The notes under the pieces were generated by a model. The model worked only from the letters and a program-made list of their open reading frames with translations, made no database searches and was not told the origin of the DNA. A DNA stretch of 63,264 bases, taken from Octopus bimaculoides (taxonomy: Eukaryota). This document shows, piece after piece, positions 39,801 to 49,287 of this stretch (position 1 is its first letter; every line of letters starts with the position of its first letter). The position numbers were made by a program, and so were the translations under genes. Where the stretch lies: assembly GCF_001194135.2 (NCBI RefSeq), contig NC_068997.1, forward strand, positions 43,255,851-43,319,114. Reading direction: 5' to 3'.

Positions 39801-41293
39801 AATAATAGGATCGACCACTCACGACTAGCTAGCGCGGACGCGCGACTGCGCGTTCGGGACCACTCTGCTTTAGTAGTACCCTTATACTCTGTGTGTTTTC
39901 AAACGCATGGATATAGGTGTCAAATTTGTTCCAATAACTTTCGAGTGATAGATAGATACAGACAGACAGACAGATAGCTCGCTCCGGCCAGTCATGGTAT
40001 TAGCTGTCAGTAGCCAAAGAATCAACTCAAACCAGCAGTAACGTTCCTTGTCAGATTTTTCTACTTTCACTTCTGACAGCTAATACCATGACAGTGCCCC
40101 TTATTTTATTGACACCACTCTGCCCACCAGTTCTGAGTTCAAATCTCTCGGCTGGATTACAAGTATATCTAATATAACATTATCCAAGTTATTCCTTTAA
40201 AAAAAAAAAGACAGGAGGTTGTCATTTAAGGGAAATCTAACTGCTATTTCTAGTAAATAGCTTGACCATCCAGACAACGACACTCCCTCGTTAGCTTGAG
40301 ATGTATGTAAACAGGACAGGAAAGTTGCTATGTTACGTCGACCTAATTTTAATAGTTTTAGCACGTGGATTCTATACATGAAATTAGCACGATAGATGTA
40401 GACAAAATATATCGAATTAAACAGTATATGATGAGGTAGAGTTAATTTTGGTAACGGTTAGAATAAATGAAAGGTTAGGGGTCGAACATTATAGAATGCT
40501 AAAATATCAACAGTGCTTACATAATATAAACGAAATCGTAGACGAGCGAAATTACGGACGTAATTTTGAAACTTATGCAATAACACCTCTATATTCTTTT
40601 TTTTTACAAAGAAGGACAAGTGTCGGAAAGGTGAAATTCGTTCACCCCTCAAGGCAATCGGATTAATTTGTTGCCGAGGGAAGGCACTACCAATTCCTTT
40701 AGATTCCCGACAACCTCCCGTCTTTGTATATAAATACGTATTTTGAGGGCCACAATCACTGCTTAAAAAATTGTTGCGAACACATGTCTAAAACTGTGAA
40801 TATTCCAAACAATGGGGAGCTTCTACGTATTAGTATTTTTTTTTTAATTGAACAGAACAATTTAGGTAACGTAGTCAGTCCTAGATACAGAGTATCTGAA
40901 TAAAAAATGGGAGTGTCACGGCTGGAATACCCCTGGTCATAGGTTTTCTCAATAATGATTGACCTGGGGCTAAACAACAACTAAACAAATTTATATATAT
41001 TAAATACACTCTACTATTATGTCAGGGCAGTGGGTTGACAGAATCGATAAGGCATGAGACGAAATGCCTTGCGGTATTAAGTTACGGTCCGTAACGTTCT
41101 GAGTTCAAATCTTGCCGAGGTCAACTTTGCCTCGGTTACTTAAATTACAACAGAGAATAGAAAGAAAAAAAAGAGTTCGATAATTACTTGTTATCGAGGT
41201 AACCAGGGCACCAGAGCATGACGAAAACATTTGTTGGACAGCTGTTATCTTACTGGTCATTCCGCTATCACCAGCTTGTTGCATAACCATCAT
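11668..41293 (-). CDS. SLC25A40: Mitochondrial carrier SLC25A39/SLC25A40 family (glutathione importer), complement(join(11668..11792,12693..12776,14875..14953,18343..18452,19774..19947,20130..20257,21259..21326,22775..22950,41188..41293)), 349 aa
   Basis: Three carrier signature motifs: [33 protein letters not shown]. Family-specific segments [63 protein letters not shown]. All 8 introns GT-AG with matching phases; 1050 nt. A39 versus A40 cannot be resolved; probably the single invertebrate co-orthologue. Confidence 0.95.
12693..12776 (-). CDS. SLC25A40: SLC25A39/40 coding exon 8 ([27 protein letters not shown])
   Basis: ttctag|GT CCT GAA...GCA G|gtaagc; not in the ORF track. Confidence 0.93.
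12831..13150 (-). mobile_element. Family A repeat
   Basis: (atc)n gtttaacgtccgctttccatgc... plus internal tandem units. Confidence 0.88.
13201..13815 (+). mobile_element. Three tandem family B SINE copies
   Basis: Three successive gttcaaatt...gtcgactttgc.tttcatcc...taagtaccag cores. Confidence 0.85.
14033..14285 (+). mobile_element. tRNA-derived SINE (D-related)
   Basis: ggactcatgatcataagattgtggtttcgattcctggaccggg...gctccagtccactcagctgg. Confidence 0.78.
14875..14953 (-). CDS. SLC25A40: SLC25A39/40 coding exon 7
   Basis: tttcag|ATT GCT GCT...GGA T|gtaagt. Confidence 0.95.
15547..15772 (-). mobile_element. Internally deleted family D SINE
   Basis: Shares both ends with 8040-8420. Confidence 0.8.
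16035..16495 (-). mobile_element. Family A repeat, longest copy, includes the RTE ORF2 C-terminal end
   Basis: About 4 internal units, then (minus strand) gaccgagacctttggaaatgtgctgtgcgtgagaagacccggcaagccaag. Confidence 0.9.
17398..17695 (+). mobile_element. Family A repeat
   Basis: Same core and (gat)n tail. Confidence 0.9.
18343..18452 (-). CDS. SLC25A40: SLC25A39/40 coding exon 6
   Basis: tttcag|GT ATA TAC TGG...GGC TCT|gtaagt. Confidence 0.95.
18505..18835 (-). mobile_element. Internally deleted mariner remnant
   Basis: [18 protein letters not shown] (TGDE motif) fused to C-terminal [12 protein letters not shown]. Confidence 0.85.
19774..19947 (-). CDS. SLC25A40: SLC25A39/40 coding exon 5
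   Basis: tctcag|TT TGG GCT GCA...TCA G|gttagt. Confidence 0.95.
20130..20257 (-). CDS. SLC25A40: SLC25A39/40 coding exon 4
   Basis: ttccag|A GTG ATG GCT...AGA G|gtaagc. Confidence 0.95.
20707..20893. repeat. GC-rich ~20-bp minisatellite (gcagcgagggcaggggggctc), interrupted by a gap
   Basis: At least 7 degenerate units, with divergence increasing toward 20893. Confidence 0.85.
21259..21326 (-). CDS. SLC25A40: SLC25A39/40 coding exon 3 ([22 protein letters not shown])
   Basis: ttctag|GAT GCC TTC...ACT CT|gtaagt; not in the ORF track. Confidence 0.95.
21485..21686 (+). mobile_element. Family A repeat
   Basis: Same core; gacgttaaacgatgatgatgatg tail. Confidence 0.85.
22135..22407 (-). mobile_element. 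Family A repeat
   Basis: Same core, reverse orientation. Confidence 0.88.
22775..22950 (-). CDS. SLC25A40: SLC25A39/40 coding exon 2
   Basis: tttccag|TG ACA CCA CTA GAT...ACA ATA|gtaagt. Confidence 0.96.
23173..23393. mobile_element. piggyBac-type MITE (related copies near 4730-5000, 6775-6965 and 28523-28745)
   Basis: tcaa-CCCTTTAGCATT ... AATGTTAAAGGG-ttaa. Confidence 0.72.
23900..24195 (+). mobile_element. Family A repeat
   Basis: Same core and tail. Confidence 0.88.
24340..24770 (-). mobile_element. Two D-related SINE fragments
   Basis: ctcaagaacacaa...gaaaccaggatcttgtaatcatgagtgc repeated twice. Confidence 0.7.
24860..25071 (+). mobile_element. Family A repeat
   Basis: Same core and tail. 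Confidence 0.9.
25088..25310 (+). mobile_element. SINE family B, full length
   Basis: aaggcagcgagctggcagag...ggccttgtgcctatagtagaa. Confidence 0.88.
25556..26038 (-). mobile_element. RTE-clade LINE 3' end with two C2H2 fingers
   Basis: [21 protein letters not shown] and [22 protein letters not shown], followed by a short 3' UTR with an ATC-type tail. Confidence 0.75.
26600..26670. repeat. Compound (AAT)n(GAT)n microsatellite; many other (TA)n, (CA)n and (GA)n tracts occur across the window, most N-gaps sitting in (TA)n
   Basis: Read directly from the sequence. Confidence 0.9.
26951..27087. repeat. 24-bp tandem repeat x5.7 (gtgattaactgttatttgacccaa)
   Basis: Units start at 26951, 26975, 26999, 27023, 27047 and 27071; no spacers. 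Confidence 0.95.
27460..27855 (-). mobile_element. SINE family C (tRNA head, internal TA/TG microsatellite), decayed
   Basis: ttttacttgtttc...gactgcagccatgctgg...(CA)n...agacatttgcccaag...cacacagcca. Confidence 0.82.
29000..29200 (-). mobile_element. SINE family B
   Basis: ttcaaattttggcacaaggccagc...gattctgccagtttaccacc. Confidence 0.8.
31833..32500 (+). mobile_element. Mariner remnant (5' half, HTH region)
   Basis: TA+catcaggtcattaagaatgaaatgtccg terminus; [32 protein letters not shown]...[13 protein letters not shown], with stops. Confidence 0.85.
32865..33055 (-). mobile_element. SINE family B
   Basis: Same core, decayed. Confidence 0.78.
34688..34970 (+). mobile_element. D-related SINE
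   Basis: ggcacatggtttagtagttagggtgttgcactcatgatcgggagatcgtgggttcaattccc. Confidence 0.78.
36165..36310. repeat. Unclassified interspersed repeat (second copy at 53105-53240)
   Basis: caaacaacttgcacat.caagtgctaccagtc...tcgacggcatcaatgcgcacc is shared by both loci. Confidence 0.75.
36894..38099 (+). mobile_element. Probable solo LTR (Gypsy-like, 4-bp TATA TSD) in SLC25A40 intron 1, antisense to the gene
   Basis: Starts TGTAG (36894) and ends TTACA (38099), flanked by tata/tata inside (TA)n. Contains TCACGTGA x2, GACCAATCA, TATAAATAG (37142) and AATAAA (38029). CpG-rich. A 555-N gap hides the middle. Confidence 0.7.
37000..37190 (+). promoter_or_regulatory. Pol II promoter-like motif cluster in the LTR U3
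   Basis: E-box TCACGTGA (~37006), CCAAT (~37072), E-box GTCACGTGA (~37093) and TATAAATA (37142), in canonical order. Confidence 0.55.
38200..38890 (-). mobile_element. Two family C SINEs; the second is cut by the palindromic element at 38895
   Basis: Family C body and head motifs occur twice. Confidence 0.82.
38895..39054. mobile_element. 160-bp palindromic MITE-like element with internal TTAGGG-like repeats
   Basis: Arms cggtactact/agtagtaccg, atacagagg/cctctgtat and tcccgatgcatctacgtaac/gttacgtagatgcgtcggga (19/20). Confidence 0.75.
39496..40092. repeat. About 600-bp composite inverted repeat
   Basis: 39496-39612 is the reverse complement of 39943-40083; the right arm contains a 102-bp unit with perfect 20-bp TIRs (39991-40010 and 40073-40092). 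Confidence 0.85.
41188..41293 (-). CDS. SLC25A40: SLC25A39/40 coding exon 1 ([35 protein letters not shown])
   Basis: In-frame stop upstream of the ATG; ends A|gtaatt, which joins TG of the next exon to give ATG (M-TPLDVVK). Which Met is used is uncertain. Confidence 0.88.
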
Positions 41294-42198
41294 TCCACCC
41301 GATGCGTGTTCCTTGTTACGCTGTTATCACTGGTCTTCTTTTCTGTTATTGTTATCGTAATGGAGGGCAGATAGAAGTAGGATGCAAACACCAGCTTGTG
41401 TAACTATGTTTGATTGAAAAATAAAAATAATAATGTCTAGTTAATCTGCATGTTTATGCACTGTTTTCTTGTTACTGTTTTGTCATTGAAGTTAAAAGAC
41501 TGATTTGTTTAAAAGTAATTCATTTCCGACCATCTGAAGACAGATGTAAAAGGAGGGGGAAAATATGCATAAAGTGTGCTTGTATACTTGTCGTAGTGTC
41601 TAATGTGTGATTTTACATGTTTGCGACAAGGTGCATTAACGCCGGATATGTTAGTTTCACCCGGGAAGCCATGCAAACAATCTCAGTAGACTTCGCCTGG
41701 CCTCGCAAAAGCACATCGCACATGTGTAACATACAGCAAGCCAGTGTTATGAGTATTTTTTTTTTCCTGTGTAGGTTAATACAAATATTCTTATCACTTA
41801 TGCTTATTTCTAAAGTGGAAAATTTTTTTAAAGTGTTTTGGGGAAAGAAGAGAAAGGGTTTAAAAAAAAAATGATATTTGTGGAAGAAACGAAATACGAA
41901 ACTAATTTTGTTTTCCCCCAGTTTCGTCGACAGTTTTCTTTTTCCGTTTTTTGTTTTGTTTTTTTATTGTTTAATGCTATGCTCGCCCTGTCACGTAAGC
42001 ACATGCAAAGATATTCTTCCCGTGATTATCCTATACTTTTCTCGTCCATGCATCTAAGGTTGCATCATCTAGTGTATCCTTCTTTTACGAAGATGACAAA
42101 GTAAGGTTTGAGGGAGATAACACAGACTCGTTGGTTTCATAACAACTGTAGTGGTAATAGGTGGTGACAAAAGTTACAGTAATTTTTAATAGTATATA

Positions 42199-42237
<39 letters not shown>

Positions 42238-42238
<1 letters not shown>

Positions 42239-42663
42239 GAAAGACTCCCCCCCCCCGCCATTTTCTCGCAAATTATTTTTTCTTGTTTTTTTTAGTTTTT
42301 TTCTTCTTTTTTCTTTTTTTTTTTGTCAAAAACCCACGTTTTCCGATACAGAGATTCCGGAAAATTGCCAAAAATCCCACCCCAAATTCTTCATTTTTCA
42401 CTTTTTACCGTAACCCTAACCCTAAAACCCTAACCTTAACCCTAACCCTGAGTAGAACAATTTTTTCCGCATATTTTGAAAAACAAAAATTTCTAAAAAA
42501 GTTAGAAATGAAGAAATTGATGGGGTTAATTTTAAAATGCCAATTTTTGCCAGTTTTTTTGCAGATTCGTATTCTTCATAGCCGAAAATGGGGATTTGTG
42601 TAGAAAAAAAAAATCAAATAAAAAAAGGGGTGTCTTTGGTGGGGTACAAAAGGAAGTCTTGCC
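42238..42663. mobile_element. Possible MITE with internal (CCCTAA)-like array
   Basis: ggaaagactccc / ggaagtcttgcc, 10/12 inverted match, in (TA)n; telomere-like repeats at 42411-42449. Confidence 0.45.
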
Positions 42664-42914
42664 ATATATATATTGTAGTGTGTGTGTTTTCAGCGATGAA
42701 TATCTACAAAGATCATAAACATCGGCGAAAAATACAGAAAAACTCAATGCTTTACAAGTGAAGTCCCTTGAGATGTTTGTTCTGCAACCAGTTACAGACT
42801 CTCTAATTATTCTCGTCAGAAATGCAGTAGACCAGTGTTTGACTTGTTAGAAAAACCTTTAACCAATCTATTGCGATATAAGATATAATGCATAGCACTA
42901 AGAGGACCATCCGA

Positions 42915-43195
42915 GCATGATCTTTGCCAGAGCACTTGTCTGGCTTTCATGCCAGTGGCACATAAATAGCACCATTTGAGCGTGATTGTTACCAGCATTG
43001 CCTTACTGGCATTTGTGCCGGTGGCACGTGAAAAAACATTCGAGCAAGGTTGTTGCCAGTGCCACTGGACTGGCTCCTGTGCAGGTGGCACGTAAAAAAC
43101 ACCATTTTGAGCGTGGCCATTGCCAGTACCGCCTGACTGGCCCTTGTGCTGGTGGCACGTAAAAGCAGTGTAGTGGGTACTTTTCCCACTACACT
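42915..43195 (+). mobile_element. Family A internal tandem units, tail missing
   Basis: 3-4 gtggcacgt...ccattgccagtacc units. Confidence 0.75.
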
Positions 43196-43549
43196 CCGAG
43201 ATGTCAAGCTCAGAAAAATAAATATATAAAAAAAAGATTTTTAAGAAGACATGCTAAAAAAAAAAAAGAGTAAAATAAATGCACAATTCCCCTTTACTTT
43301 TGATGATAACGTTGGAAAAAAAGCAATAAATAAACAAAATATGGATAGAAGAGTTATCGCGTTTTTGCCGAAAATGGTAACTTCGAAATAAAATTTCAAG
43401 TAAAATATTGGAAATAGATAAAAACAAAGGTTATTTCCATAGTCAGCGTTAAAAATACTATTAAAAAAATGCAATAAAAAAATTTGTCTGAAAATGAAAT
43501 GTTTTCTCCCAAAAAATTTACTGGGGAAGGGGTTAAACACAAACATTAA

Positions 43550-43770
43550 ACTTGGCAAGCTGGCAGAATCATTAGCATGTCGGACAAAATGCTTAGTGGC
43601 ATTTCTTCCAGTTCTTTACATTCAGAATTCAAATCCTGCTGAGGCCAGCTTTACTTTTCACCCTTTCAAGGTCAATAAAATAAAGTTTCAGTCAAACACT
43701 GGAATCGATATAATCAGCTTCCCCATTCCCTGAAAATTGCTTCTCTGGAGCCAAAATTCGAGAGAATTAT
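43550..43770 (+). mobile_element. SINE family B
   Basis: ggcaagctggcagaatcattagc... Confidence 0.78.
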
Positions 43771-44009
43771 TATGTATGGGGAATATTAACACTATTGTTT
43801 TGAAATCACAACCCTAAAGACTATCAGAACTGAAGTCTTCGTCGTCATGGTCATCATCATCATCACTTAATGTCTGTTTTCCATGCCAGCAATATATTTA
43901 AACCTTATACATATTGTTCATAGATTACATTGTTATTCTCATCAGTATGATATTCCAGTTTGCAAATTTGACGATACTGGCAGTTGTGCATGCACGACCG
44001 AGCGACATA

Positions 44010-44042
<33 letters not shown>

Positions 44043-44049
44043 ATGTCAG

Positions 44050-45140
44050 ATATCAATCTTCTGGCCGCCTCTTTAATCTTTGCCAATTTGCTGCCAATTC
44101 AAAGGTTTTCCAGTCTATTATTCGTGACCTCCTTTATGCAGATGACTGTGACTTGGTCACTCATACAGTGGATGACATGCAAATACTCATGAATTGCATT
44201 TCTGCTTCTTGCAAGGCATTTGGACTTGGCATTAGCCTGGACAAGACTGTTGTAATGTTCCAGCCTGCACCAGGAAATCCATATATGGAACCAGCTATTT
44301 TGGTTGAAGGAACAATTCTGAAGGTAGTAGACAAGTTTGTCTACCTGGGCAGCACACTCAGCCGTTCTTGCTCCCTGGATGAGGAAATATCTTTNNNNNN
44401 NNNNNNNNNNNNNNNNNNNNNNNNNNNNNNNNNNNNNNNNNNNNNNNNNNNNNNNNNNNNNNNNNNNNNNNNNNNNNNNNNNNNNNNNNNNNNNNNNNNN
44501 NNNNNNNNNNNNNNNNNNNNNNNNNNNNNNNNNNNNNNNNNNNNNNNNNNNNNNNNNNNNNNNNNNNNNNNNNNNNNNNNNNNNNNNNNNNNNNNNNNNN
44601 NNNNNNNNNNNNNNNNNNNNNNNNNNNNNNNNNNNNNNNNNNNNNNNNNNGAGGCAATGGTGCACAAGCACCAGTTACATTGAACTGGACACTTTATTAG
44701 AATGAAGGATAGCAGGATTCCTAAGCAGATGCTATATGGAGAACTTGTGAATGGAAGGAGACTCCGGCAGAAACCAAAGCTGCGATGTAAGGACTGTGTC
44801 AAGTCCTCATTAAAGGCCTGTGATATGCAGGACACTGACTGGGAGAACAATGCCTGTCATCACCACAGATGGAGGAAGCAGGTTAAAGAGGGGATCGACA
44901 CTTTTGAGAGAGCACGTATCCAGCATGAAGAACTTAAGTGAGCTGCACGAAAGTGCACGGCTTGTATAGTGAATGGAGAATACTTGGTCTGCAATATTTG
45001 CAGTCGTGTATGCTTGTCAAGAGCAGGGTGCATTAGCCACCAACGGAGCCGCAAATGCAAAATATAAGTTAGTCCTAGAGCACACAATGTTCCTGAAGGT
45101 CAGCAATGGTCTTCCTCGGTCACGAGTGGACGGCCATTAT
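44050..45140 (+). mobile_element. 5'-truncated RTE-clade LINE (RT end to 3' end)
   Basis: IRDLLYADDCDLV (YADD), VVDKFVYLGSTLS, MKDSRIPKQMLYGEL, degenerate C-terminal zinc finger; contains stops and a gap. Confidence 0.92.
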
Positions 45141-46134
45141 GTATATTCAAATATGAATTAGAAGCAGTGCTAGTGTTGTAAACATTATCACACATACACA
45201 CATCCACTTGTTTGCTGGTAGGCTGTGAGATTACTCTCTCAAAGCACTGGGTATTAAAATACCTGAAAGTCACAGACAGGTGAGACAACTCACCCCAAAC
45301 CCCACTCAAGGACTGAATTGAAGGTGAATTTGCCTCCAATTCAAATTTGAATTCATGCTGGAATTTATTCTTACACATGTATTGTCAGGGCATACCAGCA
45401 AATGGTTTTTACACCATTAGTATGTAGTCATGGACTGGTGATTCACTTCCCCTCCAATTCAGTTCAAGTACTTTAAGAGAGTCATCTCCACCGTGCCGAC
45501 TGGTGAACAAGCAAATCACATACATTCAGTACGTTCAATTGTATATATATATAGATGTGTGTGTGTGTATGTGTGTTTCAATATTATTGTTGATGCACTA
45601 TGATACAACTAAATTGTTGCATTTCCTATTATATTTCTTTTTACCCTCTTTCTTTCTCTCTCTTCCCTCTTTTCTTTCTTTTCTTTTTCTACTTCACTAC
45701 CTCACTCTTCCTCACTTTTCTCTCTCTTTCTCCCCCCATTCTCTGTAAGGAATGCTCTTGGGGCTTTATTTATATTGTAAAATTCTGTCTCTACATACAA
45801 TTCTATTTTCTCTTTGAACTTTTCCCTCTAACTCTCTACTTTCATTATGTCTTTTATCTACACTTAAAAACTTATTCAACCATCAAATACATTGATTTAT
45901 CTATTCAAATATTAGAATATTAATTATTTTGTTTTTTTGGTTAGCCTTGCTTTCATCAAATATCTATATCAACAGCAGCTTTCAAATAAAGAAGCAAATT
46001 TGCTTTGAAGAAGTTGCAATATGAAACTCAGAATAAATAACTATGAAAGCATCCAATTCTTTCACTGTCGTTACTAATATATTAACTCTACTTTATGCAT
46101 TGAGTACTCTTCCCTTCATTTGGGCACCCACACA

Positions 46135-46497
46135 AACACACAAACACACACAATGCTAGACCACACTCGTCTTTGGTAACTCTTGAAAAATTATTGGAGC
46201 TTGGTTGGGAAGTGATGCCACATCCACTATATAGCCCTGACCTTGCACCATCAGATTATCATTTATCCTGAAGTTTGCAAAATTCTTTGAATGGTAAAAC
46301 TTTCAATAATGATGATGACCTGAAATTGCACTTGCTTCAGTTTTTGGCTGATAAGGATCAGAAGTTACCAGAAAGATGGCAAAAAAGTCATCAAACAAAA
46401 TGGATAATATGTAATTGATTAAAGTTCATTCTTTGTATGAAAAAATATGACTTTTATTTCACACTAAAAAAAACAAATTACCTTCTTGCCAACCCAA
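46135..46497 (+). mobile_element. Mariner remnant (3' end)
   Basis: LGWEVMPHPLYSPDLAPSDYHL; ends ttgccaacccaa+TA. Confidence 0.85.
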
Positions 46498-46509
46498 TAT
46501 CATCATTAT

Positions 46510-46700
46510 CATTATCATCATCATCGTTTAACATCCACCTTTGATGCTAGCATGGTTGGGATGGTTTCACAAGAGCCAGCCAAGCAGAAGCCTGCACCAG
46601 ACTTCTGTGACTGTTCTGCCAAGATTTTCACAGCTGGATGCCCTTTCAAACACCAACCACTCTGCAGAGTAGACTTAGTGCTTTTTACAGAGCACAGGCG
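46510..46700 (-). mobile_element. Family A repeat, old copy
   Basis: catcatcgtttaacatccac...cagctggatgccc. Confidence 0.75.
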
Positions 46701-47759
46701 AGGTCTTCTTTAATTTTATTTTATCTTATTCTTTATTTTACTTTATTCTATTATGTTAATTCGTTAACCCTCATGCACATACATAAATAAAAAATAAAAC
46801 AATTTTATATATTCAATCTGTTGGAATGAATAGATAGGTCAAAATGTAATTTTTTAATGTCTAACTTTTCCCTGATGACATTTTGCTCATAACTTACAAA
46901 TGTAAATTTAATGCATACATTTGTAATTTATTTATTTAATGAGCACAAATGGAAGCAGCTGTAGGAAGAAATTATTACCAATTTATCAATAAATAAATAC
47001 TAACCACTAACTCTTCATTTTCTTCTCTTAATTTAATATGGATTATATACTTCATGTATGCCTATTGATTTTAGAACCAGTGTTTTCTTTGATGTAATCA
47101 TCCCTTTAAGAGTTTAATATATCCTCTAATTAACTTATATATATATATACATGATGGTTTTTCATTTGTATCTGAGGAAGACCATCACAGACCATTAAGA
47201 ATACTGTGTAATCAGACAAAATTATATGGCAGAATTCTGGTTTAAGTACCCCATATAACCCCGCATAACTTTTATTTTGGGGGAACCTTTAGAAAATTTT
47301 TGAAAATTTGCATTCTACACCTGGGAATTCATATAATTAGGAGAAAAATTTTAAAAAAAAATTTGTTAAACCCCTTCTTCCCTCCCATAAATCCTAAATG
47401 TTCCACACTTTTTCAAATAGTCTAAATTTTTTGCTTAAATCCCAGCAATGGACCACCTTTGAATGCATCATCATTCCATTAAATGTGTTTATGGAGAAAA
47501 ATATTGAAAAACATCAAGTCATGTCAGAGTGACAAAGAAATGAGGAAGGTATCTGGTAGTCATGAGATGTGCTAAAAATAACAGCTAAATTACCCTTCAA
47601 TCATGCATGAACTTTTTGGCATAAATGTATGAATTCCCATGTATAGAACACAAGTTTGCAAAAATCTTCTGAGAATTCTAAAACATAAAAAAGTTATGAA
47701 GGATTATATAGGGTGCTTAAACTAGAACTTCTGCCAACTATACTTTACAGTTATAGCTT

Positions 47760-47985
47760 TGCTGGTGTTTAATGTGCCCAGCTGTTGATTGACATACATG
47801 TCCACAGATACAGCAGACAAATCTTCCTCCATTCACTACACTGATGATGTGTTTTCAAGCAGCTCACTTAAGTTCAGAATGCAGACTGCCTATCTCTTCG
47901 AAGATTCCCACTCCTTCTTTCACTCATTTCCTCTAGTGGTGGTGATGACAAGCATTGCTATCCCAAATGACCTTCCATATCTCAC
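47760..47985 (-). mobile_element. Old RTE LINE 3' fragment
   Basis: Reverse complement aligns by eye with 44840-45050. Confidence 0.7.
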
Positions 47986-48065
47986 ATGCCTTTTATCAGG
48001 ACTTTATACAATCCTTACATAAATACACACATGTGTGTATGTGTATATATATATATATATATATA

Positions 48066-48364
48066 TGGGAGAATGTACGAAAAAAAACAACAACAGACGA
48101 GGACAGGTGGTGTAAACAACAAAAGGATGTATTAGTTTGACGCTCGGGAATACAGAAAGTCTTTAACGTTTCGAGCTACGCTCTTCAACAGAAAGAATAC
48201 GGAGAAAACAAGGAGAAAAGATGATAAAGGTAATAAAGGAGGTTTACATAAGTGGAAAAGTTCAAAAGTTCAAAAGTTTTTTAGACGTCGTGGTATATTG
48301 AGGCGATTTCCAATCAGAAGATGGGTCCAGTGTAATCCGTGGGTAGGAGAGGTGCAGCCGGAGG

Positions 48365-48368
<4 letters not shown>
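48066..48368 (-). mobile_element. Penelope-like element terminal fragment (young, CpG-rich) inserted in (TA)n
   Basis: Hammerhead-type motif plus a pyrimidine-rich 3' region, flanked by TA microsatellite; no clear GIY-YIG ORF is seen. Confidence 0.55.
48129..48200 (-). ncRNA. Type I minimal hammerhead ribozyme-like fold (A6U core variant)
   Basis: Minus strand: GUAUUCUUU-CUGUUGA-A-GAGC GUA GCUC-GAAA-CG...CGUC|AAACUAAUAC. Stem II is 4 bp, stem III is ACG/CGU, stem I is interrupted; predicted cleavage between 48139 and 48138. Confidence 0.6.
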
Positions 48369-48409
<41 letters not shown>

Positions 48410-48874
48410 ATTATATGTATTTATTTTCTCTAAGTTACCAATTAACTCAGACAAAATAAATTGGTTAATAGATACCAGGGTAGCAAAGATCACCAAATGA
48501 CTGTGGTGTAACTGCTGTTTATGAGGTAGAAACTCTTTGTTATTTTGAGTACTTGAGTAAATATATAAATTTAGTAAAAGGAGTAAAACGCATATGTTAA
48601 ATGGATTCATCCATTTAACATATGCGTTTTGCTCCATTTACTAAATTTATATATATATATATGTATATATCATCAGTAGTTCATATAACTGAAAAAGAAG
48701 CATTGTTATGGCCAATTAGAGCATTTAGCCTTATAGACTAGAGAAGCTATGAGCTCACGGCAATTTGACAGACGAGTCACCTATACAGCTAAGCACTTTA
48801 TAGGTGAAAAATCAATGGTCACTCTCTGACTGACTATAATAATCAAATTCCTAAATATTTCTTTTTTCTCTTTT

Positions 48875-49260
48875 ACTTGTTTCAATCATTTGACTGTGGC
48901 CATACTGGAGCACTACCTTTAGTCGAGCAAATCTACCCCAGGACTTATTCTTTGGAAGCCTAGTACTTATTCTATCGGTCTCATTGGCCGAACCGCTAAG
49001 TTATGGGGACGTAAACACACCACCATCGGTTGTCAAGCAATGTTGGGAGGACAAATACAGACACACAAACATATACACACACATACATATATATACATAT
49101 ATACGATGGGCTTCTTTCAATCTCCATCTACCAAATCCACTCACAAAGCTTTGGTCAGCCCGAGGCTATAGTTAAAGACACTTGCCCAAGGTGCCACGCA
49201 GTGGGAATGAACCCGGAACCATGTGGTTGGTAAGCAAGCTACTTACCACACAGCCACTCC
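48875..49260 (-). mobile_element. SINE family C, full length, young
   Basis: Complete body, microsatellite and head; most CpGs retained. Confidence 0.9.
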
Positions 49261-49287
49261 TACGCCTAATATATATATACATACATA

